Made by a program: the position numbers and the translations under genes. From NCBI GenBank assembly GCA_965656575.1, contig CBFHLA010000002.1:3817-45803 (forward strand): 41,987 bases of DNA. Direction: 5' to 3'. How positions within the stretch are numbered: position 1 is the stretch's first letter; every line of letters begins with the position of its first letter. The notes below the pieces were generated by a model that saw nothing but the letters and a program-made list of their open reading frames with translations, ran no database searches and was not told where the DNA came from. This document shows positions 34,996-41,987 of this stretch, in pieces. Source of the stretch: Gammaproteobacteria bacterium (GTDB lineage Bacteria; Pseudomonadota; Gammaproteobacteria; GCA-002705445; GCA-002716945).

Positions 34996-35682
34996 TTATA
35001 AGAAGTGCTCTTGTATCTTATTTTTTGAAATTAACTGATCAGCGTTGTATGGAAGTGATATAGTTTCAACAACAACGGTGCCTGGTTTTATTAAAAAAGA
35101 ATCTTTGGACCAAAACTTTCCTGCATTATGATTTATAATTATAGATGGAAGCTTTAATGCATCAAGTATTCTTAAAACACCTTTTTTGATTTTAATATTT
35201 TTTCCGTACTTTACCCTTGTTCCCTCAGGAAATATTATTAGAGTTCTATCATTATCAATATGTTCATCACAAGCTTTCATGATTTTTTTAAGAGAAGATA
35301 CTCCGTCCGATCGGTTTATTGAAATATTCTTTAATAAATATAGACACCAGCCAAAAAGCGGAATCATTAAGAGTTCCCTTTTTAATATAAAAATTGGACG
35401 CTTGATATATGCAGCAAGAAATATAGTCTCCCATGCAGACTGGTGTCTAGAAATTACTATGCTATGTGAATTAATGTCAGGACCATTTGTTTCATAGCTA
35501 AGTGAGCAGATATTTTTAAGAATAAATAGATTATACCGACACCATAATTTACTGAAGTAAAGACAAATAGGATAGGAGATAATTCCAAATAAAAAGGCAA
35601 TTGGACCGAAAAGTAATACTGATAAAATAAGATTTATCCAAAAAATAAGAGATTTAAATATTAAGAATATATTGTTTATCAT
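34996..35682 (-). CDS. plsC: 1-acyl-sn-glycerol-3-phosphate acyltransferase
   Basis: N-terminal TM segment, acyltransferase block I (SRHQSAWET) and block III (IFPEGTR). Confidence 0.8.
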   Translation of the reverse strand: MINNIFLIFKSLIFWINLILSVLLFGPIAFLFGIISYPICLYFSKLWCRYNLFILKNICSLSYETNGPDINSHSIVISRHQSAWETIFLAAYIKRPIFILKRELLMIPLFGWCLYLLKNISINRSDGVSSLKKIMKACDEHIDNDRTLIIFPEGTRVKYGKNIKIKKGVLRILDALKLPSIIINHNAGKFWSKDSFLIKPGTVVVETISLPYNADQLISKNKIQEHFL

Positions 35683-36214
35683 ATTCTATAACAAATTGTG
35701 TGGCATGGTATAAGTCGTCAAATAATTCAATATTTGGCATTTCTTCACTAATTTTTTTACCATTACCTGTCAGTACTCCTAAGGGATTACAACCAGATGA
35801 TAATGCAGCTTTCATGTCCCTTGGAGAATCTCCAATTGCAAATACCTCAGATAAATTTATGTTCAATCTTTCTGCGATCTCTAAGTACATTCCTGGATTA
35901 GGTTTTCTAAATTGAGTTTTATGGTCTGGATGATCATAACAATAATATGTAACAAATATATTACCAGCATGTTTCTTACATAAATCAATTAGCTTCTTAT
36001 GAATTTCAAGAAGATTGTAATATTTTATAATTCCTCTGCTTACACCAGATTGATTAGAGATTATTATGATTTTATAATCATGTTTAGATAGCAACGAGAT
36101 TGCTTCTAAACTTTTTGGGATAGGTTCCCATTCGTCAGCAGTTTTTATGTATGAGGATGAATCATAATTGATAACACCATCTCTGTCTAAAATAATGTAT
36201 TTATCACTATGCAT
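35654..36214 (-). CDS. gmhB: D-glycero-beta-D-manno-heptose 1,7-bisphosphate 7-phosphatase (HAD-IIIA)
   Basis: ILDRDGVIN (HAD motif I), IISNQSG, and GDSPRD. I prefer the ATG at 36214 ([13 protein letters not shown]) over the TTG at 36244, which would overlap glyQS by 38 nt. Confidence 0.8.
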   Translation of the reverse strand: MHSDKYIILDRDGVINYDSSSYIKTADEWEPIPKSLEAISLLSKHDYKIIIISNQSGVSRGIIKYYNLLEIHKKLIDLCKKHAGNIFVTYYCYDHPDHKTQFRKPNPGMYLEIAERLNINLSEVFAIGDSPRDMKAALSSGCNPLGVLTGNGKKISEEMPNIELFDDLYHATQFVIEYDKQYILNI

Positions 36215-37565
36215 CGGAATAATAGTCCGAAAAATATTTGTCAATATTGTCCAGAGATATTGATTCTTGATTCATAGTATCTCTGTCGCGGACAGTTATA
36301 GTGTTCTTCTCGAGCGAATCAAAATCAACTGTCAAACATAATGGTGTACCAACTTCATCATGTTTTCTGTAACTTTTGCCAATATTTCCAGTATTCTCAA
36401 CTACAACCCTTCCAAACTGATATTTCTGTAAACGGCTTTTTACCTCATGGGCTTTATTCACTAAGTTTTCGTTGTTTCTTTTTAATGGAATAACAGCAGC
36501 TTTAATTGGTGATAAATGTTTTTTCAATTTTAAGACGATTCGAGTTTTCCCATCGCCTAGTTCTTCATTTGTGAAAGCCTCATTTAAAACTGCTAAAACT
36601 CCTCTATCAACCCCAGCAGATGGTTCTATGATATATGGCACTATCCATTCTTTATTTTCATTTTGAACAGCTAGTCTAGAATTTGATTTATTATTATCTT
36701 TGACATTTGCTTTGATGTTCAGACTGTCTTGGTTTTTTGTATGTGAACCTAAATCAAAATCAGTTCTATTTGCAATGCCCTCCAACTCTTCATCCCCATG
36801 AGGAAAGGAGTACATAATATCAGCTGTAGCTTTTGAATAGTGAGCTAGGTCATCGCCAGTGATATTAATTACATTCAGTTTATCTTTAGGAATACCTTGT
36901 TTAATCCACCATTCAGTTCTCATTTCTACCCAAGATTTATGCCAATGATCATCATCGCCAGGTAAGACAAAAAATTCTAATTCCATTTGTTCAAATTCTC
37001 TAACTCTAAAAATAAAGTTCCTTGGCGTGATTTCATTTCTGAAAGATTTTCCTATTTGAGCAATTCCAAAAGGAAGTGTTCTGGATGTTGAATCAATTAT
37101 ATTTTTAAAATTAACAAAAATTTGTTGTGCGGTTTCAGGTCTTAAATATGCGTATGAAGATTCATCTCTAACAGGGCCAACAGAAGTCTTAAACATTAAA
37201 TTAAATGGTCTTGGCTCTGTAAGATTTTGAGAACCACATTTGGGACATTTATCATCTATTTGATCTGCTCTCCATCTTGCTTTACATGATTTACAGTCAA
37301 TCATGGGGTCGGTAAATGTATCCTCGTGTCCAGAAAAATTCAAAACGTCAGGATGAGTTAAAATTGATGAATCCAAACCCTCCACATCATCCCTGTCATA
37401 AACAATAGATTTCCACCAGGCGCTTTTTAAATTATTTTTTAACTCCACACCCAGAGGGCCATAGTCATACATGCCCTGAAGGCCGCCATAGATTTCGGAA
37501 GATTGAAATATAAAACCTCGTCTTTTACAGAGGGCTACAATGTCTTCCATGGTGTGTTGTGTCAA
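36207..37565 (-). CDS. glyQS: glycine--tRNA ligase, homodimeric (alpha2, GlyQS) type
   Basis: 452 aa with [33 protein letters not shown], a Zn-knuckle insertion ([11 protein letters not shown]...CPKCG), FNLMFKT, and a C-terminal anticodon-binding domain. Confidence 0.9.
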   Translation of the reverse strand: MTQHTMEDIVALCKRRGFIFQSSEIYGGLQGMYDYGPLGVELKNNLKSAWWKSIVYDRDDVEGLDSSILTHPDVLNFSGHEDTFTDPMIDCKSCKARWRADQIDDKCPKCGSQNLTEPRPFNLMFKTSVGPVRDESSYAYLRPETAQQIFVNFKNIIDSTSRTLPFGIAQIGKSFRNEITPRNFIFRVREFEQMELEFFVLPGDDDHWHKSWVEMRTEWWIKQGIPKDKLNVINITGDDLAHYSKATADIMYSFPHGDEELEGIANRTDFDLGSHTKNQDSLNIKANVKDNNKSNSRLAVQNENKEWIVPYIIEPSAGVDRGVLAVLNEAFTNEELGDGKTRIVLKLKKHLSPIKAAVIPLKRNNENLVNKAHEVKSRLQKYQFGRVVVENTGNIGKSYRKHDEVGTPLCLTVDFDSLEKNTITVRDRDTMNQESISLDNIDKYFSDYYSDA

Positions 37566-37658
37566 TTTAGCTCCTTATGAATAATGAAATTATACTTGTA
37601 TAAAGAGATAAGACATATATTTTTTACATTTTTTTAACATCAAACTGTAATAATATAA

Positions 37659-37704
37659 TGCACTATTGTTATGCATTTGCACAATATATGTTCATTTATT
37701 GCAC
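37659..37704 (+). promoter_or_regulatory. putative NtrC enhancer sites upstream of glnA
   Basis: TGCACTATTGTTATGCA (37659-37675) resembles the TGCACC-N4-TGGTGCA dyad. Further TGCAC half-sites lie at 37678 and 37700, and tgcactatt occurs twice. The region sits about 60-105 nt upstream of the sigma54 promoter. Confidence 0.5.
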
Positions 37705-37764
37705 TATTATAAATCATTTTATACTATCATAATAAATACTGTAGATATATACTATCACTGAAGC

Positions 37765-37781
37765 TGGCATGATATGTGCAT
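37765..37781 (+). promoter_or_regulatory. sigma54 (-24/-12) promoter of glnA
   Basis: TGGCATGATATGTGCAT has GG (37766-67) and GC (37778-79) separated by exactly 10 nt, matching TGGCAC-N5-TTGCA. It ends about 40 nt upstream of the glnA ATG. Confidence 0.7.
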
Positions 37782-37821
37782 GAGAATATGTGCGAATAAA
37801 AAAACACTAGTGAGGAATAAA

Positions 37822-39234
37822 ATGAGCGCAAATGACATAAAGAAATTGGTCGATGAAAAAGAAGCCAAATTCATAGACTATAGATTTACCAATACACAAG
37901 GTAAAGAACAACACGTTACTGTAACAGCCACAGATGAAGGCATAGCTACAGATTGTGAAGAAGGAAAAATGTTTGATGGATCTTCCATTGCTGGATGGAA
38001 AGATATCAATGAGTCTGACATGATACTTATGCCTGACACATCAACAGCTTTTGCAGATCCGTTTTTTGATGAACCAACGATTAATGTAACGTGTGATGTA
38101 ATTGAACCTGAAGATGGTTCAACATATGAAAAAGACCCAAGAGGTATTGCCAAGAAAGCCGAAAAATATCTTTCAGAATCTGGCATTGCGGATACAGCCT
38201 ACTTTGGTCCTGAAAACGAATTCTTTGTATTTGATGATGTTAAGTTTGAAGATACAACTGGAAGTTGTTTTTTTAAAGTAGATTCTACAGAGGCTTGCTG
38301 GAACAGTGGTAAGAATTATGATGATGGTAATATGGGTCATAGACCTGTAGTCAAAGGTGGTTATTTCCCAGTTCCGCCTGTGGATGCACTTCAGGATTGT
38401 AGATCTGCGATGATTACTACACTGCATGAGGTAGGTGTCCAATGCGAAGTTCATCATCATGAAGTAGCAACAGCTGGTCAATGTGAAATTGGAACACTAT
38501 TCAATACGCTTGTTAAAAAAGCAGATGAAGTTCAAAAGTATAAATATGTTGTTCAAAATGTAGCGCATGCATTTGGAAAAACAGCAACCTTTATGCCAAA
38601 ACCTGTTGTTGGTGATAATGGCTCAGGTATGCATGTACATCAGTCCCTTGCTAAAGATGGAAAAAATATCTTTGCTGGTGATTTATATGGGAATATGTCA
38701 CAAGAAGCTCTTTGGTATATTGGCGGGATAATAAAACATGCTCGTGCGCTTAATGCATTTACAAATGCATCAACTAATAGTTACAAACGTTTAATTCCAG
38801 GCTTTGAAGCTCCTGTAATTCTTACATACTCTGCTCGTAACAGATCAGCATCTATACGTATACCTTATGTGATGTCTGATAAAGCTAGGCGTATAGAGGT
38901 AAGATTCCCAGATTCTACTGCTAACCCATACTTAGCATTTTCTGCAATGATGATGGCTGGGCTAGATGGTATTAAAAATAAGATTGATCCAGGTCCAGCA
39001 ATGGATAAAGATCTATTTTCTATTTCAGCTGAGGAAGAGAAAATGCTTCCAACAGTTGCAGAGGGTCTGTGGGTTGCATTAGACGCCCTTGATAAAGATA
39101 GAGAATTTCTAAATACAGGCGACGTCTTTACAAATAAAATGATCGACTCGTATATAGATCTTAAAACAGAGGAAGTACAAAGATTGAGACAATCTACTCA
39201 CCCTTGTGAGTTTGAAATGTACTACAGTCTATAA
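37822..39234 (+). CDS. glnA: glutamine synthetase type I
   Basis: 470 aa from the ATG at 37822, with a GAGGAA Shine-Dalgarno at 37812-37817. Contains [24 protein letters not shown], and the adenylylation-site context [10 protein letters not shown]. The track start at 37774 would put the sigma54 promoter inside the CDS. Confidence 0.95.
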   Translation: MSANDIKKLVDEKEAKFIDYRFTNTQGKEQHVTVTATDEGIATDCEEGKMFDGSSIAGWKDINESDMILMPDTSTAFADPFFDEPTINVTCDVIEPEDGSTYEKDPRGIAKKAEKYLSESGIADTAYFGPENEFFVFDDVKFEDTTGSCFFKVDSTEACWNSGKNYDDGNMGHRPVVKGGYFPVPPVDALQDCRSAMITTLHEVGVQCEVHHHEVATAGQCEIGTLFNTLVKKADEVQKYKYVVQNVAHAFGKTATFMPKPVVGDNGSGMHVHQSLAKDGKNIFAGDLYGNMSQEALWYIGGIIKHARALNAFTNASTNSYKRLIPGFEAPVILTYSARNRSASIRIPYVMSDKARRIEVRFPDSTANPYLAFSAMMMAGLDGIKNKIDPGPAMDKDLFSISAEEEKMLPTVAEGLWVALDALDKDREFLNTGDVFTNKMIDSYIDLKTEEVQRLRQSTHPCEFEMYYSL

Positions 39235-39241
39235 ACTCAAA

Positions 39242-39268
39242 ACACACCGCCTAAATAAGGCGGTGTGT
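39242..39268 (+). terminator. stem-loop between glnA and ntrB (partial terminator or processing site)
   Basis: acacaccgcc-taaataa-ggcggtgtgt forms a perfect 10-bp GC-rich stem 8 nt after the glnA stop. Only a weak T tract follows (att). Confidence 0.5.
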
Positions 39269-39276
39269 ATTCAAAT

Positions 39277-40359
39277 ATGGAATTACAAAACAAAATAACT
39301 TTAGATTCTAAATTACTCCTAGAGATAATAGAGGGTATGTCTACAGCAGTAGTCGCTTTAAATGAAGATAACTCATACTTTTTTATTAATATTGCAGGAT
39401 TAAATATGTTAGGAATAAGCAGTAACTTCCCACCTTTGTCTCAAATTAAATCATCTATTGGACATCAATCTTTTGATCAGCATATTGCTAGCGTGTGCAC
39501 CGACAACCACTCTAAAATGATTAGAGACTTTAAATTTAAAAACTTTGAAGGTGATGAAAAAATAGTTGATTGTAATATATCTCAAGTAAATATTAATAAA
39601 GATAACATTACCCTTATTGAATTATCAGAAACAGGTAGACTGCATAGCATTTCTCTTGAACAAAACTTAATTGAACAAGAAAGGGCTACGAGAGAGATGA
39701 TTAAAGGATTATCTCATGAGATAAAGAATCCTTTAGGTGGAATTTTAGGTGCTGCACAAATACTTGAGAAGTCTTTAGACAATGATTACAAAAAATTCAC
39801 AGACATTATTAAAAAAGAAACAGATAGACTGGTAAATCTTTTAAATGATATGGCTTTACCAGCTACATCAATAGATAAATCATATATTAATATCCATGAA
39901 GCTACAGAACATGTCATTGATTTATTCAGATTTGATTTAAAAAATAAAAAAATAGATTTTAAAAAAGATTACGATCCAAGTATCCCTGATGCATACACTA
40001 ATAAAGAACAATTAATTCAAGCATTGATAAATCTAGTCAGGAACTCAATACAGGCATTAGAGTTTAGAGGCTGCGTAGAAATACGAACTAGATCTGAATC
40101 TAGCTATACTATAGGTAATCAAAAATATCCATTAGTTGTAAAAATTGATGTTATTGACAACGGTCCTGGAATTAAAGAAGAGAAACTTAAGGAAATCTTT
40201 TATCCAATGGTGTCAACTAAGTCTGATGGAATGGGCTTAGGGCTTACAATAGCTCAATCGATTATAATGCAGAATTCAGGTCTTATAGAATGCTCGAGTA
40301 GACATCGAGAAACTATTTTTACTATCGTACTTCCTCTAAGGAGTTATGATAATGACTAA
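39277..40359 (+). CDS. glnL: nitrogen regulation sensor histidine kinase NtrB
   Basis: N-terminal PAS-like region, H-box GLSHEIKNPLGGI, N-box LINLVRNSIQAL, and G-boxes DNGPGI and GMGLGL. I prefer the ATG at 39277, because the GTG at 39265 lies inside the glnA hairpin. Confidence 0.85.
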   Translation: MELQNKITLDSKLLLEIIEGMSTAVVALNEDNSYFFINIAGLNMLGISSNFPPLSQIKSSIGHQSFDQHIASVCTDNHSKMIRDFKFKNFEGDEKIVDCNISQVNINKDNITLIELSETGRLHSISLEQNLIEQERATREMIKGLSHEIKNPLGGILGAAQILEKSLDNDYKKFTDIIKKETDRLVNLLNDMALPATSIDKSYINIHEATEHVIDLFRFDLKNKKIDFKKDYDPSIPDAYTNKEQLIQALINLVRNSIQALEFRGCVEIRTRSESSYTIGNQKYPLVVKIDVIDNGPGIKEEKLKEIFYPMVSTKSDGMGLGLTIAQSIIMQNSGLIECSSRHRETIFTIVLPLRSYDND

Positions 40360-41743
40360 TGTTTGGATAATAGATGATGAAGAGAGCATTAGAACTATTT
40401 GTACAAGTGCCCTAGAAGATTTATTTAAAATTGAAACCTTCTCTAGTGCGTCACAAGCTTTGCTTGCATTAAATTCTAGTAAGCCAGATCTTATAATTAC
40501 AGACATTAAAATGCCTGGTATGTCCGGTCTAGAATTTCTCGACAAAGTATCAGAGAAATATCCAGACCTCCCCACAATAATAATTACAGCGCATGCAAAC
40601 ATGGATAATGCACTGTCTGCATATAAAGGGGGTGCCTTTGAATACCTTACAAAACCATTTGATATAAATGAAATTAGAAAATTAGTTATTAAAGCTACAA
40701 AAATAAAAAAAACTAATCTTCAAGATGGTTTGGAAGAATCAAAATCTAAGATTGTTGGTAGAGCAGGATCTATGCAAGAAGTATTTAAAGCCATAGGCAA
40801 GATATCAAAAACTGATATCACAGTCCTTATCCGTGGAGAATCAGGAACAGGAAAAGAATTAATTGCACAATCTGTTCATGCTAATAGTTCCAGAAACAAC
40901 AAGCCTTTCATAGCAATAAATGTTGCGGCAATACCTCATGAACTTCTTGAAAGTGAGCTTTTTGGACACGAGAAAGGTTCATTTACAGGAGCACAATCTC
41001 AAAGAATAGGAAGATTTGAACAAGCTTTGGGAGGTACTCTATTTCTAGATGAGATAGGGGATATGCATCCAGAATTACAAACGAGATTACTCAGGGTTTT
41101 ATCAAGTCACGAATTTTATAGAGTGGGCGGACAAAAACCTATTAAATCTGACGTTAGAATAATTGCAGCTACAAACCAGAATATTGAACAACTTATAAAA
41201 ACAGGGAAATTTAGAGAGGATTTATATCATCGATTAAATGTATTTAGGATAGAACTGCCACCTCTTCGTAAAAGAAAAGAGGACATTCCTATGTTAGTTA
41301 AACATTTTTTATCTAAAAGTGCTGCTGAAATAAAAGGTGATGAAAAAGGTATAGATAAAAATGCAATGACAATATTAAATGATTATGACTGGCCCGGAAA
41401 TATTAGACAGCTTGAAAATACGTGTCGATATATTACGGTAATGGCCCCATCTGCAAGTATTACTGCAGATGATATTCCTGATGAAATTAAAAATGATAAT
41501 CTAAGTGATGTTTCTGATACTGTAAATGTAAATAGTAACTCTTCATGGGAAGAGTCTCTTTCCAGTCATATAAAAAATATTTTATCAGACGCAAATGATT
41601 TAACTTGCTTATCTAAAGAACTTGAAAAGCTTTTGCTTCAAGAGGCATTAAAGGCAAGCAAAGGAAGAAAGATTGATGCTGCTAAAATACTTGGTCTTGG
41701 TAGGAATACAATTACTCGTAAAATTAAAGATTTAGGATTGTAA
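40352..41743 (+). CDS. glnG: sigma54-dependent response regulator NtrC
   Basis: Receiver domain (VWIIDDEESIR, LIITDIKMPGMSG), AAA+ domain (GESGTGKE, EKGSFTGA, LFLDEIGDM) and a C-terminal HTH (AAKILGLGRNTITRKIKDLGL). The AAGGAG Shine-Dalgarno at 40338-40343 favours the ATG at 40352 over 40346. Confidence 0.9.
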   Translation: MTNVWIIDDEESIRTICTSALEDLFKIETFSSASQALLALNSSKPDLIITDIKMPGMSGLEFLDKVSEKYPDLPTIIITAHANMDNALSAYKGGAFEYLTKPFDINEIRKLVIKATKIKKTNLQDGLEESKSKIVGRAGSMQEVFKAIGKISKTDITVLIRGESGTGKELIAQSVHANSSRNNKPFIAINVAAIPHELLESELFGHEKGSFTGAQSQRIGRFEQALGGTLFLDEIGDMHPELQTRLLRVLSSHEFYRVGGQKPIKSDVRIIAATNQNIEQLIKTGKFREDLYHRLNVFRIELPPLRKRKEDIPMLVKHFLSKSAAEIKGDEKGIDKNAMTILNDYDWPGNIRQLENTCRYITVMAPSASITADDIPDEIKNDNLSDVSDTVNVNSNSSWEESLSSHIKNILSDANDLTCLSKELEKLLLQEALKASKGRKIDAAKILGLGRNTITRKIKDLGL

Positions 41744-41974
41744 TAATTTTAACAAATAATCACTTCTTTTAGCTGGTTGAGATAAAATTTTATAAAGTGT
41801 GCTAGCAATAGTAGAGTGAAATGTTTTTGATTTTTCTATTAAAGTAATACAACATTCATATCCCTCGACTGTTCCAATTTCGTTCAATGCATCTTGTATA
41901 GAAGAACTGCTGTCAGATATAGATTTACCAAATTGATAATTTCTAGATTTTAACTGTTTACATGTAAGGTTCAT
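41732..41974 (-). CDS. hypothetical small protein (uncertain)
   Basis: 80-aa ORF with GGAG 2 nt upstream of its ATG. It converges on ntrC and overlaps it by 12 nt. I recognise no motif. Confidence 0.25.
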   Translation of the reverse strand: MNLTCKQLKSRNYQFGKSISDSSSSIQDALNEIGTVEGYECCITLIEKSKTFHSTIASTLYKILSQPAKRSDYLLKLLQS

Positions 41975-41987
41975 ATCTCCAATACAC

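Noticed and set aside
37774-37821. Longer glnA start ([16 protein letters not shown]...)
   Set aside because: The extension would place the sigma54 -24/-12 element inside the CDS. It lacks a Shine-Dalgarno, and the extra residues do not resemble GlnA. The ATG at 37822 has a GAGGAA Shine-Dalgarno and gives a canonical ~470-aa GlnA.
37878-38481. Two 102-aa minus-strand ORFs antisense to glnA
   Set aside because: They are shadow ORFs inside glnA, with no independent support.
1-41987. Looked for CRISPR arrays, rRNA, IS/transposase, integrase, phage, toxin-antitoxin or known defence-system genes
   Set aside because: None found. I saw no regularly spaced repeats and no recognisable nuclease, ATPase-defence or mobile-element domains in any ORF. 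The window reads as core chromosome apart from the 16.1-20.1 kb operon.

Overview
This 41,987-nt window is visibly AT-rich and very gene-dense bacterial chromosome. G+C looks like roughly one third by eye but was not computed. I can support about 45 CDS, one tRNA-Thr(CGU), and a few regulatory sites and hairpins. I saw no rRNA, CRISPR array, transposase, integrase or phage genes. Many neighbouring genes overlap by 1-17 nt, including four convergent pairs, which suggests a streamlined genome.

Gene content and local synteny look gammaproteobacterial. Examples are glnA-ntrB-ntrC behind a sigma54 promoter, thiS-thiG-trmB, gmhB-plsC, ppc, cysG, and two TonB-dependent receptors with ExbB/ExbD/ExbD/TonB. 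A marine SAR86-like lineage is only a guess.

Most of the window is housekeeping:
- central metabolism and nucleotide/tRNA functions: ppc, tadA, pyrC-type dihydroorotase, trmB, glyQS;
- cofactor and redox functions: cysG, grxC, thiSG;
- isoprenoid, sugar-nucleotide and lipid functions: ispA, rfbA, manC, plsC, gmhB;
- nitrogen assimilation and control: glnA, ntrBC.

The best candidate for something undescribed is the four-gene minus-strand operon at 16122..20146. It encodes a TPR + GT9-like glycosyltransferase, a TPR protein, and a passenger-less inverse-autotransporter (intimin/invasin-type) beta-barrel. A separately signal-peptided Cys- and Ser/Thr-rich secreted protein starts 1 nt after the barrel gene. 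I read this as a possible split type Ve display system with a dedicated modification module.

Other points worth a second look:
- a translationally coupled GltD-like NAD(P)H/FeS subunit plus cytoplasmic bis-MGD molybdoenzyme of unknown substrate (21014..24719);
- an OprC-type copper receptor (CxxxM...HxM) inside an operon driven from a divergent promoter with two Fur boxes;
- a dimeric GlyQS-type GlyRS at the position where gammaproteobacteria normally have glyQ-glyS;
- a SulP transporter whose conserved N-terminus has no canonical start and sits +1 to an ATG across an A5 run;
- a DNA-binding-domain-less S24 peptidase coupled to grxC, a Sel1 protein and cysG.

All family assignments come from motif recognition by eye. 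No searches were run.
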